A DNA stretch of 63,855 nucleotides, counting the filler, from Reclinomonas americana ATCC 50394 (Eukaryota), in assembly GCA_048213135.1 (NCBI GenBank). It is 14 parts of 14 records of this genome, joined end to end, with 100 filler letters (N's around TTAATTAATTAA, not from the genome) between each part and the next. Parts side by side here need not be neighbours in the genome. Positions count along the whole stretch, not along the records: positions 1 to 3,441 come from AFZH01017313.1; positions 3,542 to 6,643 come from AFZH01017314.1; positions 6,744 to 12,865 come from AFZH01017315.1; 11 more parts are not named here. One strand, written 5' to 3'. Made by a program: the position numbers and the translations under genes. The notes beneath the pieces are model-generated. The model ran no database searches. It had not been told where the DNA came from and was given only the letters and a program-made list of their open reading frames with translations. Below, piece after piece: positions 1-10,163 of this stretch. Within the stretch, counting starts at the first letter, position 1, and the number at the start of each line of letters is the position of its first letter.

Positions 1-595
1 CTGTTTTGTCATAACTTCCACTGACAACGAGTTGACCGTCTGGAGTAATGGCCACAGACTGAACCCTGTCTGCGTGACCCGTCAACCGTCGCACTTCCTC
101 TCCGCTCGCCAGCGACAGAACGCGCACTGTTCTATCAAGGTTACCACTCACGACGTGCAGACCATCGGGTGTGACGGCGATAGCCAGCACTAGCCCACGG
201 TAGACCCCCAGCTGACGCACTTTTTCACCGTGCAACACTCGCACAGTGGTGTCACCTATGACAAATCGACCATCGTGTGTGGCGGCGACGCATCGCACCC
301 ATCCAAAGTCCCTCTCGACCTGTCGCACCTCCTTTCCACTCGCCAGCGACCACACTCGCACAGTTGTGTCATGGCTGCCACTCGCAATGTGCTGACCATC
401 GGGAGTGACAGCGACAGCGGCAACCGATCCTCTGTGTCCCTCCAACCGTCGCACTTCACGCCCACTGGCCAGCGACCACACTCGCACTGTTCTATCACCA
501 CTTCCGCTCACCACATGCTCACCGTCGGGAGTGAAGGCCACAGACATCACCGCACCCGCGTGTCCTTTCATGCACATGGGCAGGAGAGACGACAT
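1..595 (-). CDS. WD40 array copy 1 (3' part runs off the window)
   Basis: ATG at 595; open frame MSSLLPMCMKGHAGAVMSVAFTPDGEHVVSGSGDRTVRVWSLASG... down to base 1; 5' end nearly identical to copy 2. Confidence 0.9.
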   Translation of the reverse strand, partial: MSSLLPMCMKGHAGAVMSVAFTPDGEHVVSGSGDRTVRVWSLASGREVRRLEGHRGSVAAVAVTPDGQHIASGSHDTTVRVWSLASGKEVRQVERDFGWVRCVAATHDGRFVIGDTTVRVLHGEKVRQLGVYRGLVLAIAVTPDGLHVVSGNLDRTVRVLSLASGEEVRRLTGHADRVQSVAITPDGQLVVSGSYDKT

Positions 596-783
596 TGTAA
601 CAGAGAGGGAAGAATGGAAGGTGAGCGCAACGACGGGTGATGGAACGAAAGATGTGTGAGGGACGGACACGAATTCCTTCTTTGAAGTTCGTTGCCTCGT
701 TGCCAAGGCCACGTTTTGCTATGTTTCTCTATGCGAGCGACAAGAACAAGAACAAGACTCTCGTGCCAGTTAGTTGCCTTCAT

Positions 784-1842
784 TCACCAATGCATCTCGG
801 GGTAACAGCCGAATCGAAAGAGCGCCGCTTCGGCCTCCTCCACCAAGAAGCACCGCAGCACCATCTCCGGCAGGCATCGCGCTTCGAATCCATCTTCTGC
901 TCCTCCTCCTTTCTGCATCTCCTGCACGGCTTGCAGAGCCCGTCGCGCACAATAGAGCTCACGGCCGACCAGGCCGTACAGCGAAGACCACACTCGCACA
1001 ATGCCGTCGGCGCCACCGCTCACAATGTGCTGTCCGTCGGGAGAAACGGAAACAGAGGTCGCAGGACCTTCTTGTCCCTCCAGCCGTCGCACCTCCACTC
1101 CGCTCGCCAGCGACCACACTCGCACTGTCGCGTCTTCACTCCCACTCACAACAAAGTGGCCATCGGGAGTGATGGCGACGGAACGCACCGCGTTAGTGTG
1201 TCCGTACAGTCGTCGCACCTCGTCACCACTCGCTAGTGACCACACACGCACTGCCGTTTGATCACCTCCACTCACGACATATTGGCCGTCTGGAGTGATG
1301 GCCACAGAGAGAACCCTGCCCAAGTGACCGTACACGAGTCGCACCTCCTCTCCGCTCGCCAGCGACCAAACGCTCACTGTCCCATCACGGTTACCAGTCA
1401 CGGCGTGCTGACAATCGGGTGTGACGGCGATCGCATGCATCACTCCAGAGTAGACCCCCAACTGACGCATTTTTTCACCGTGCAACACTCGCGCATAGCT
1501 GCCACCTGCGACAAACCGACCATCACGTGTGGCGGCGACGCACCACACCCATCCAAACCCCTCGAACCGTTGCACTTGCTCTCCACTCGCCAGTGACCAC
1601 ACTCGCACAGTTGTGTCATGGCTGCCACTCGCAATGTGCTGACCATCGGGAGTGACAGCGACAGCGGCAACCGATCCTCTGTGTCCCTCCAACCGTCGCA
1701 CCTCCTCTCCACTCGCCATCGACCACACGCGCACTGTTCTATCACCACTTCCGCTCACCACATGCTCACCGTCGGGAGTGAAGGCCACAGACATCACCGC
1801 ACCCGCGTGTCCTTTCATGCACATGGGTAGGAGAGACGACAT
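784..1842 (-). CDS. WD40 array copy 2 (7 WD repeats, third shortened, plus conserved C-terminal tail)
   Basis: 352-aa intronless ORF of GH..V.SVA.TPDGQH.VSG..D.TVRVWSLASG repeats; tail ...RCLPEMVLRCFLVEEAEAALFRFGCYPEMHW. Confidence 0.93.
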   Translation of the reverse strand: MSSLLPMCMKGHAGAVMSVAFTPDGEHVVSGSGDRTVRVWSMASGEEVRRLEGHRGSVAAVAVTPDGQHIASGSHDTTVRVWSLASGEQVQRFEGFGWVWCVAATRDGRFVAGGSYARVLHGEKMRQLGVYSGVMHAIAVTPDCQHAVTGNRDGTVSVWSLASGEEVRLVYGHLGRVLSVAITPDGQYVVSGGDQTAVRVWSLASGDEVRRLYGHTNAVRSVAITPDGHFVVSGSEDATVRVWSLASGVEVRRLEGQEGPATSVSVSPDGQHIVSGGADGIVRVWSSLYGLVGRELYCARRALQAVQEMQKGGGAEDGFEARCLPEMVLRCFLVEEAEAALFRFGCYPEMHW

Positions 1843-2029
1843 TGAACAGAGAGGGAAGGGTGGAAGGTGAGCGCAACGACGGGCGATGGAACGAAAGATG
1901 TGTGCGGGACGGACACGAATTCCTTCTTTGAAGTTCGTTGCCTCGTTGCCAAGGCCACGTTTTGCTATGTTTCTCTATGCGAGCGACAAGAACAAGAACA
2001 AGACTCTCGTGCCAGTTAGTTGCCTTCAT

Positions 2030-3106
2030 TCACCAATGCATCTCGGGGTAACAGCCGAATCGAAAGAGCGCCGCTTCGGCCTCCTCCACCAAGAAGCACC
2101 GCAGCACCATCTCTGGCAGGCACCGCGCATCGAATCCACTTGCTCCTCCTCCTCCTCCACCTTCCTGCATCTCCTGCACGGCATGCAAGGCCCGCCGTGC
2201 ACTGTCGAGCTCACAACCGGCCAGGACGTACGGCGACGACCACACTCGCACAGTGCAGTCGGCTCCGCCGCTCACAATGTGCCGCCCATCGGGAGAGACG
2301 GCAACGGACCGCACCCGTCCAGTGTGACCGTAGAGCCGTCGCACCTCCTCCCCGCTCGCCAGGGACCAGACACTCACCGACCAGCTGTCAGCGACTCCGC
2401 TGACAACGTAATCTCCACCGGTGGAACTCGTGTGCCCACAGAATTGATGCACCTCCTCGCCACTCGCCAGTGACCACACACGCACCGTGTTGTCCAGACT
2501 CCCACTCACGACGTGCTGATTGTCGGAGGTGACGGCCAGCGACATGACCTCTCCCTTGTGGCCTTGATTGCGACGAACTTCTTCACCACTCGCCAATGAG
2601 TACACTCGTATCGCACTCCCACTCCCGCACACTACGCGCTGGCCGTCGGGGGTGACCGCCACAGACAACACCCAGTTAGCTTGTTCCTCCATACGCCGCA
2701 CCTCGTCACCACTCGCCAGTGACCACACTCGCACCATCCTGTCCGAGCAACCACTCACCACATGCTCGCCGTCGGGTGTCACGGCGACAGAGTACACAAT
2801 CCCATAGTGCCTATCAAACCATTGCACCTCCTCGCCACTCGCCAGTGACCACACTCGCACCGTCTTGTCATGGCTGCCGCTCACGATGCGCTGCGAGTCG
2901 GGAGTGACAGCGACACACATCACCCAGTGCGCGTGTCCCTTCAGTCGCCGCACAAGCTTTCCACTTGCCAGTGAATGCACGCACAGTGTCTTGTCCTTGC
3001 TGCCACTCACAACATGTTGGCCGTCGGGAGTGATGGCGACGCACATCACTGCACTCTGGTGCGCATTCAGGCACTTGTGAGGACGAAAGGGAGTGGCTGC
3101 TGACAT
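2030..3106 (-). CDS. WD40 array copy 3
   Basis: Probable start MSAATPF at 3106 within ORF 2030..3232; 7 WD repeats, the sixth internally deleted; tail ends like copy 2. Confidence 0.92.
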   Translation of the reverse strand: MSAATPFRPHKCLNAHQSAVMCVAITPDGQHVVSGSKDKTLCVHSLASGKLVRRLKGHAHWVMCVAVTPDSQRIVSGSHDKTVRVWSLASGEEVQWFDRHYGIVYSVAVTPDGEHVVSGCSDRMVRVWSLASGDEVRRMEEQANWVLSVAVTPDGQRVVCGSGSAIRVYSLASGEEVRRNQGHKGEVMSLAVTSDNQHVVSGSLDNTVRVWSLASGEEVHQFCGHTSSTGGDYVVSGVADSWSVSVWSLASGEEVRRLYGHTGRVRSVAVSPDGRHIVSGGADCTVRVWSSPYVLAGCELDSARRALHAVQEMQEGGGGGGASGFDARCLPEMVLRCFLVEEAEAALFRFGCYPEMHW

Positions 3107-3265
3107 CACGACGGAGGGCTGGCGGGATGGAGAAGTAAAGGCGGGCGGACGGACTCGGACTTTCGAAGTTGTCTTGTCGCAAGTCTGCGCAGAGTCTCCA
3201 CGAGAGCGAGTGGGCAGATAAGACGAGAACAAGACGGTGCAGATTGTGCATGCGCGCGGCCTTTA

Positions 3266-4067
3266 TTACCAATGCAACTCGGCGTCCGTGCGACAGCGGA
3301 ACCCAACGACCTCAGCCTCCTCCACCAAGAAGCACCGAAGCACCACTTCAGGCAGGCAACGATCTTCTTCTTCTCCTCCTCCTCCTCCTCCTCCTCCTCC
3401 TCCTCTTTCATCCTGCACCTCCTGCACGGCTTCCAGGCCCCNNNNNNNNNNNNNNNNNNNNNNNNNNNNNNNNNNNNNNNNNNNNTTAATTAATTAANNN
3501 NNNNNNNNNNNNNNNNNNNNNNNNNNNNNNNNNNNNNNNNNCAGTACTCGCACCTCCTCGCCACTCGCCAGCGACCACACGTGCACTGCGCAGTCGGAGG
3601 CCCCACTCACAACGTGCTGCGCGTCGGGAGTGAACGCCACTGAGTACGCATGCGCGCAGACGCCCTTCAAGCGAAAGCACCGCAGCTGGTCTCCACTCGC
3701 CACGCGCGGTCTTGTCGTTGCCGCCACTCGCAATGAGCTCACCAGAGGCGCTAATGGCGATCGACCACACCAGTCCCTTGTGCGCCTGCATTCGTCGCAC
3801 CTCCCCGCCACTGGCCAGTGACCAAACACGCACGGTCTTGTCCTCACTGCCGCTCACAAGGTGCTCGCCGTTGGGTGTGACGGCCACGCAGCGCACCCAG
3901 TGTGTGTGGCCCTCCAGTTGACGCACCTCGGCGCCACTCGCCAGTGACCACACGCGCACAGTGTGGTCCATGCTGCCGCTGACAACGTGCTGCCCGTCGG
4001 GTGTCACGGCGACGCCCATTGCGCGCTCCGTGTGCCCCTCAAGGTAACGAGGAGCGCGGGCCAACAT
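3266..4067 (-). pseudogene. WD40 array copy 4 (spans a gap; frameshifted)
   Basis: Starts MLARAPRYLEGHTERA at 4067; ~10-nt deletion near 3705 (DKT followed directly by an out-of-frame ASG); tail ...FRCRTDAELHW* at 3266-3441 on the other side of the gap. Confidence 0.7.
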
Positions 4068-4118
4068 GAGCGATGAGAGGAAGACAAAGGTGACAACGAA
4101 GAGGACATGACTTTTTCT

Positions 4119-5186
4119 TCACTCGTCGCTGCGGCAACGAAAGAGCACCACCTCGGCCTCCTCCACGATAAAGCAGCGCAGCACCAACTCGGGCAGGCAG
4201 CGCGAATCGGCGACTCGTTTGTCTTGCACGTCGTGCACGGCTTGCAGTGCCGAACGTGCCGTGTCGAGCTCGCAGCACGCGAGGCCGCAGGGCGTGGACC
4301 GCACGCGTGTCGTTATGCCTCCGCAGCTGACAATGTGCTGCCCGTCGCGGCTGATCGCCAGGCACTTGGCGCCGCTCGGTGGCTCGTAGAAGCACCGCAC
4401 TTTGTCGCCAGTCGCCAGCGACCACACGTGCAGCAGGCGGTCACATCCGCAGCTGACCACGTGCTGTCCATCGGGGGTGACGGCGACAAAGATCACTGAG
4501 TACGTGTCACCGGTCCACGAACGCACCACGTTGCCGGTCGCCAGTGACGACACCTTGATGTACTGGCCTGCGTGACTGCTCACCATGTGCAGGCCGTCGG
4601 GAGTGAGGGCCAAGGGAACCGCAAAGGTATAGTCGCCCTTCAAGCGTCGCACCTCCGTGCCGCTCTCCACAGACCACACGCACACCAAGCCGTCGTAGCA
4701 GGCGCTCACCGCCAGCTGACCATCGCAAGTGATAGCAATGGCTCGCACTCGTCCAGTGTGCGCCACCAAACAATGCACTTGCTCTCCACTTGCCAGTGAC
4801 CACACACGCACAGTCGAGTCGTCGCTGCCACTGACTGCACGCTGCCCGTCCACCGTCACCGCCACACACTCGACATGTTCCGTGTGTCCCTCCAACCGTC
4901 GCACCTCCTCTCCACTCACCAGCGACCACACTCGCACGGTCTTATCACGGCTTCCACTCACTACAAACTCCCCGTCTGCAGTGACAGCGACAGCTTGCAC
5001 TGCGTCGGTGTGCCCTCTCAATCGACGCACCTCGCGACCACTCGCCAGTGACCACACACGCACAGTGCCTCCGACACCGGCGCACACAATGTGGCGGCTG
5101 TCGGGGGTCACAGCGACCGACAGCACCTCGCCAGTGTTCAAGGTCGCGTGGAGGCGATCGAGGAATGCAGCGGCGTTCGACGACAT
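4119..5186 (-). CDS. WD40 array copy 5 (divergent; tail ends FRCRSDE)
   Basis: Probable start MSSNAAAF at 5186; WD repeats plus DSRCLPELVLRCFIVEEAEVVLFRCR tail. Confidence 0.9.
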   Translation of the reverse strand: MSSNAAAFLDRLHATLNTGEVLSVAVTPDSRHIVCAGVGGTVRVWSLASGREVRRLRGHTDAVQAVAVTADGEFVVSGSRDKTVRVWSLVSGEEVRRLEGHTEHVECVAVTVDGQRAVSGSDDSTVRVWSLASGEQVHCLVAHTGRVRAIAITCDGQLAVSACYDGLVCVWSVESGTEVRRLKGDYTFAVPLALTPDGLHMVSSHAGQYIKVSSLATGNVVRSWTGDTYSVIFVAVTPDGQHVVSCGCDRLLHVWSLATGDKVRCFYEPPSGAKCLAISRDGQHIVSCGGITTRVRSTPCGLACCELDTARSALQAVHDVQDKRVADSRCLPELVLRCFIVEEAEVVLFRCRSDE

Positions 5187-5299
5187 TGACAAGGGGAAGA
5201 CAAGTGAGTGGGACAACAAGCTGTCTCTGAGGTGCTCTTCTTTAGCCGAAGCAGGTGTGGCTCAGTTCCACTCTGCGACCTTCATTGCTGTACAAGTGC

Positions 5300-6361
5300 T
5301 CACCATTGCAGGTCGGGATCCGTGCGGCAGCGGAACACGACAACCTCGGCCTCCTCCACCAAGAAGCACCGCAGCACCATCTCCGGCAGGCACCGCGAAT
5401 CCGTCTCCTCCCGCGCTTCCTGCACGGCCTGCAGAGCTCGTCGCGCGCTCTCGAGTTCGTGGCAGGCAGCGGCAAACGGTGACGACCACACGCGCACGAT
5501 CACGTCCTTGCATCCACCCACAATGTGATGCCCGTCGGGAGAGACGGCCACAGACATAACACCCGAGTGCGTTTCCAATCGTCGCACCTCCTCGCCACTT
5601 GCCAGCGACCAAACTCGCACGGTCTCGTCATCGCCTCCACTCACCACGTGCCGACCGTCGGGCGTGATCGCCACGCAGAACACGTACTTGCCCGCGTGAC
5701 CCTCCAACCGGTGCACTTCTTCTCCAGTCGCCATGGACCACACGTGCACGGTCTTGTGGTCGCTCCCACTCACAACGTGCTCTCCATCGGGAGTGATGGC
5801 GACACACCACACCGCGTTGGAGTGCCCCCGCAGCTGTCGCACCTCCTCCCCACTCGCCAGTGACCACACGCGCACCGTCTTGTCCCAGCTCCCACTCACA
5901 ACGTGCTGACTGTCAGGAGAGACGGCAACACACGTCACCACGTCCTCATGCCCCTCCAACAGCTGCACTTGTTTCCCGCTCGCCAGCGACCACACACGCA
6001 CCGTCTTGGTATGGCCTCCACTGACAATGTGCCGACCATTGGGAGAGACAGCAAACACCCAACCATATTGCCCCTCGATTCGCCGCACTTGCTTCCCGCT
6101 CACCAGCGACCACACTCGCACTGTCAAGTCAAAACTGCCACTGACCGCGTGCTGGCCATCGGGAGAGACGGCCACAGAGCGCACCCACGCAGTGTGTCCC
6201 TCTAGCTGCCGGACTTGCGCACCACTTGCCAGTGACCACACACGCACGGTCCTGTCGTTACCACAACTGATTACGTGTTGGCCGTCGGGAGTGATGGTGA
6301 CACTGGCCACAGAGGCCGTGTGTCCAAACAAGCAATTGCGAAGGAGAGCGGGGAATGACAT
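5300..6361 (-). CDS. WD40 array copy 6
   Basis: Probable start MSFPALLRNCLFGH at 6361; 7 WD repeats plus tail ...FRCRTDPDLQW. Confidence 0.92.
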   Translation of the reverse strand: MSFPALLRNCLFGHTASVASVTITPDGQHVISCGNDRTVRVWSLASGAQVRQLEGHTAWVRSVAVSPDGQHAVSGSFDLTVRVWSLVSGKQVRRIEGQYGWVFAVSPNGRHIVSGGHTKTVRVWSLASGKQVQLLEGHEDVVTCVAVSPDSQHVVSGSWDKTVRVWSLASGEEVRQLRGHSNAVWCVAITPDGEHVVSGSDHKTVHVWSMATGEEVHRLEGHAGKYVFCVAITPDGRHVVSGGDDETVRVWSLASGEEVRRLETHSGVMSVAVSPDGHHIVGGCKDVIVRVWSSPFAAACHELESARRALQAVQEAREETDSRCLPEMVLRCFLVEEAEVVVFRCRTDPDLQW

Positions 6362-6509
6362 GAATGAGAGGGGAAGAGAAGGAGGAGAGAGGGTAAAGAG
6401 AAGGGAGGGGAAAGGGGTGTGTGCGTGAGTGCAAGGTGAGAAATGAATGAAGGCGCGGGACGCGCACTTTTGTATTTTATTCAAGCCACGCACTCTCTGC
6501 AGGTGTCCA

Positions 6510-6643
6510 TTACCAATGCAGGTCGGGGTCCATGCGACAGCGGAACACGACGACCTCGGCCTCCTCCACCAAAAAGCACCGCAGCACCATCTCAGGCAGG
6601 CACCGATCTTCTCCTCCTCCTCCTCCTTCTTCTTCTTCTTCTT
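6510..6643 (-). CDS. WD40 array copy 7, C-terminal tail only (rest lost in gap)
   Basis: Reads (K/E)n-IGACLRWCC in one frame and ...RCLPEMVLRCFLVEEAEVVVFRCRMDPDLHW* in the tail frame. Confidence 0.8.
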
Positions 6644-6799
6644 NNNNNNNNNNNNNNNNNNNNNNNNNNNNNNNNNNNNNNNNNNNNTTAATTAATTAAN
6701 NNNNNNNNNNNNNNNNNNNNNNNNNNNNNNNNNNNNNNNNNNNGCACAACTGCCACTCACTCACCATGACTCACTTGCTCTCTCCTCTCTCTTATGCAG

Positions 6800-8471
6800 C
6801 ATCGTGGGCAGTCTTCTTGCGTCGCTCACTGGACATGGTGGCAGTGGAGGAGAGGGCTCGCGTGACTATCATGTGACGCGTCCAGAGGGCGGCTATGGAG
6901 AGGGCGAGGACTGGTATCCGCCCAACTCGGCTGCCCCGCGTGAGGGCGAGCCTGATCCGGAGGTCATGCTGTCCACGTGCACGTTGCGTCTCTCTCCTCA
7001 TGTGTGTGACTGCGAGCGCGCGCGAATCTCACATGTGTCGCATGTCGCAGTGGCCGGAAGCGGGGTGCGGTTTCTCTCCACTGTTGTATTTGCAATCGCA
7101 TTCACCATTCTCATTGTTCGCTCAGCATTGTTCATTGGTATCAACTACTTTGGAACGCGTGCGGAACTGCGCGGTTGCATCAACGATGTGCACAACATTA
7201 AGCGGTTCATGACGTCGCACTATCATTTCGAGGACGTGCGCGTGTTGACCGACGATGAGCATGATCCGAATGTGCGGCCGACCAAGGCCAACATTCTCAA
7301 GGTGTTGTGTGGGGATCGATAGGTGTTAGCTGTGACGAGTGTGTCTGATGTGTCGTGCTGGCAGTCGTTCCTGTGGCTTGTGTCGGGCGCGCAAAGCGGC
7401 GACTCGTTGTTTGTGCACTACTCGGGCCACGGTGGCACTGAGCGCGACACTGGTGAGTGGCAGTTGCACGACAAGTCACTACTGTTCGTATTAACATAGG
7501 GAGGGTGTGGCAGATGGCGACGAGGCCGACGGGCAGGACGAGACCATTATCCCCGTGGACTACGAGACGGTCGGCCAGATTGTGGATGATGTTGCGCACA
7601 CGAGCCACTTGCTCCCCATGCAAGCATACTCTCTGTTGTTGACGTCAGGTGTCTCTCTCCCTCCTCCGCGCGCATAGGAAATCAACAAGGTGCTGGTGCG
7701 CAACCTGCCGCAGGGTGTGCGTCTGACTGCGATTTTCGACTCGTGCCACTCGGGCTCCGTGCTCGATCTGCCGTACGTGTACGGCCTCGACCGCGAAACG
7801 GGCCATGTCCGCGAGACCGACAGACGCAAGGCATGGCAGGTGGCGCTCTCCGCCGGCGCGTCGCTCTTGCGGGGTGACTTTAAGGGTGCCAAGAGCCAGG
7901 TGAGAACAATATTATAATCGACATCGTTGTGGAGACTGACATCGGGTGATCTGTCGTGCAGGCCATGGAGGCTTTCGGCATGACGTTTTCTGGCAAGCCG
8001 CACAGGCCGCCGCAGCACACAGCCACCGCAGCAGCTGATGGAGCTCATGGCGGCAAGTCGCCTGCGCAGCTCAAGGCCGAACAGACTCGTTTCACGTGCG
8101 TTGTGTGTGTCTCGTCAAGAATCCTTCTCGAATTCCTCACTTCCTGTCGTCGGCCATTGCGCAGGTACGCCGATGTTATCCAATTCTCCGGCTGCCGCGA
8201 TGAGCAGACGTCGGCCGATGCCAACATTGGCGGCCAGGTGCGTCTCTGGCAGTGCAGCTTCAGCTGCATTTCAGTTTGCTTACCATGTGTTCATGCACAG
8301 GCCACTGGCGCCCTCTCGTGGGCTCTGATCAAGTGCCTCACCGAGAACAAGGACCAGACGTACGTGGAACTGCTGACTAACATCCGCAGGACGCTGGCCG
8401 GCAAGTACGAGCAGGTGCCGCAGATGAGCTCCGGCCACAAGATGGACATGAACACCAGGTTTTTCATGTAG
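6800..8471 (+). CDS. Type I metacaspase (Mca1-like), multi-exon, 5' end in gap
   Basis: Spliced LSTCTGRKRALFIGINYFG..LRGCIND, PTKANILK, DSLFVHYSGHG (catalytic His), DGDEADGQDETIIPVD, RLTAIFDSCHSGSVLDLPY (catalytic Cys), SGCRDEQTSAD, QVPQMSS. Confidence 0.95.
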
Positions 8472-8772
8472 AGCGACGGTCGGGGAGGACAGGCAGCCGC
8501 AGTGACTGTAGCATGCACGTAATACATGCAAGGTTTTATTAGAACTGGAGTAGTGAGCTTCCGACGCGCGTGACAGGAAAGAGAGAGGAGACGAAAAGAA
8601 ACATTAGGACCGAAGCAGTCTGTTCTCCACAACGTCGGCCTTGCCGCTCAGCTGAGGAAACCATTGTCTCTGCCGTTCCACGGACTACGTAAACTAACAT
8701 GCTTGGATGTGCATGAGGCGAAGACAGTCCTTCGCTCGCAATGAAGAGAATAGCGACCAAAACTCTGGCGCC

Positions 8773-9834
8773 TCACCAATGCAGATCGGGATCCATGCGA
8801 CACCGGAACAGCACCACCTCGGCCTCCTCCACCATGAAACAGCGTAGCACCATCTCTGGAAGCCATCGTGAATCTCGCGCCTCTGCCTGTCCTTGAACCT
8901 CTTGCACCGCTCGAAGCGCCAGCCGCGCACTGTCGAGCTCACGGCTGGCACAGGTGTATGGCGAGGACCACACGCGCACCGTGCGGTCGGAACTGCCACT
9001 CACAATGTGCTGTCTGTCGGGAGAAACAGCGACAGAGTGCACCCATGAAGTGTGTCCCTCCAGTCGTCGAACCTCCTCGCCAGTTGCCAGCGACCACACA
9101 CGCACGGTCTTGCCTCCGCCGCCGCTCACAACGTGCTGGCCGTCGGAAGTGATGGCCACCGAGCTCACCCCCCAAGTGTGTCCCTCCATGCGTCGCACCT
9201 CCTCGCCACTCGCGAGCGACCACACCCGCACAGTCTTGTCTTGGCTCCCGCTCACCACGTGCAGGCCATCAGGAGTGACGGCCACTGACCACACCCGGTG
9301 AGTGTGGCCCTCCAAACGCCGCACTTCCTCGCCTCTCTCCACACACCACACCCGCACGATCATGTCCCAGCCGCTGCTCACAACGTACCGACTGTCGGGA
9401 GTAAAAGCCACACATAGCACCCAGTCTCCGTGGCCACCCAGTCGGTGCACCTCCGCGCCACTCGTCAGCGACCACACGCACACGGTCTTACTCCAATCAC
9501 CACTCGCGACAAGCTGGCCATCGGGCGAGACAGCAATAGCATCCACTCTTCCACTGCGTCCCTTTGATCGGTGCACCTCTTCCCCACTGGCCACACACCA
9601 CACTCGCATGGTGCCGTCGTTACCGCCGCTGACAATGTGCTGGCTGTCGGGAGTCACCACCACCGATTGCACCACGTCAGTGTGTCCCTTCAGCAGTCGC
9701 ACTTGCTCTCCAGTCGCCAGTGACCACACTCGAATGGTCTTGTCTTTGCCGCCACTCACACAGTGTTGACCGTCGGGGGTGACCGCGACTGAAAACACGA
9801 GGTCGATGTGACCCACCAGGCACTTGTGAGACAT
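8773..9834 (-). CDS. WD40 array copy 8
   Basis: 353-aa intronless ORF, 7 WD repeats plus tail ...FRCRMDPDLHW. Confidence 0.94.
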   Translation of the reverse strand: MSHKCLVGHIDLVFSVAVTPDGQHCVSGGKDKTIRVWSLATGEQVRLLKGHTDVVQSVVVTPDSQHIVSGGNDGTMRVWCVASGEEVHRSKGRSGRVDAIAVSPDGQLVASGDWSKTVCVWSLTSGAEVHRLGGHGDWVLCVAFTPDSRYVVSSGWDMIVRVWCVERGEEVRRLEGHTHRVWSVAVTPDGLHVVSGSQDKTVRVWSLASGEEVRRMEGHTWGVSSVAITSDGQHVVSGGGGKTVRVWSLATGEEVRRLEGHTSWVHSVAVSPDRQHIVSGSSDRTVRVWSSPYTCASRELDSARLALRAVQEVQGQAEARDSRWLPEMVLRCFMVEEAEVVLFRCRMDPDLHW

Positions 9835-10163
9835 TGTGACAAGGGAGAGAGAGTGGGAGGGGAATGGGGGAGAGAGGGGGGGTGGGGGGAGAAGGGAGTG
9901 GGAGCGTGTTCTCGAGAGACGGGTGCAATCAATGTGACGGGACGAAAAGCAGTCTGTTCTTCAACGTCGACCTGTCGCTCGGCTGAGGAAGCCACTGGCT
10001 TTGCTGCTGGGTGACCAAAAGTTACGAACTGGACGCGCGTGAGTTAAGGGCAAGACTCTTTTTATTGAATAATGGCTTCGACATGAAATTAAGGCAAATG
10101 TTGAGGCACTCAACGCGCAGGAGAACGCGTCAACCATCACCGTTGAGCTCGAACTCTGGCACG

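Noticed and set aside
3442..3541. Recurrent TTAATTAATTAA palindrome, which could look like a TTAA target site or repeat array
   Set aside because: Always centred in a 100-bp N block, so it is an artificial six-frame-stop linker
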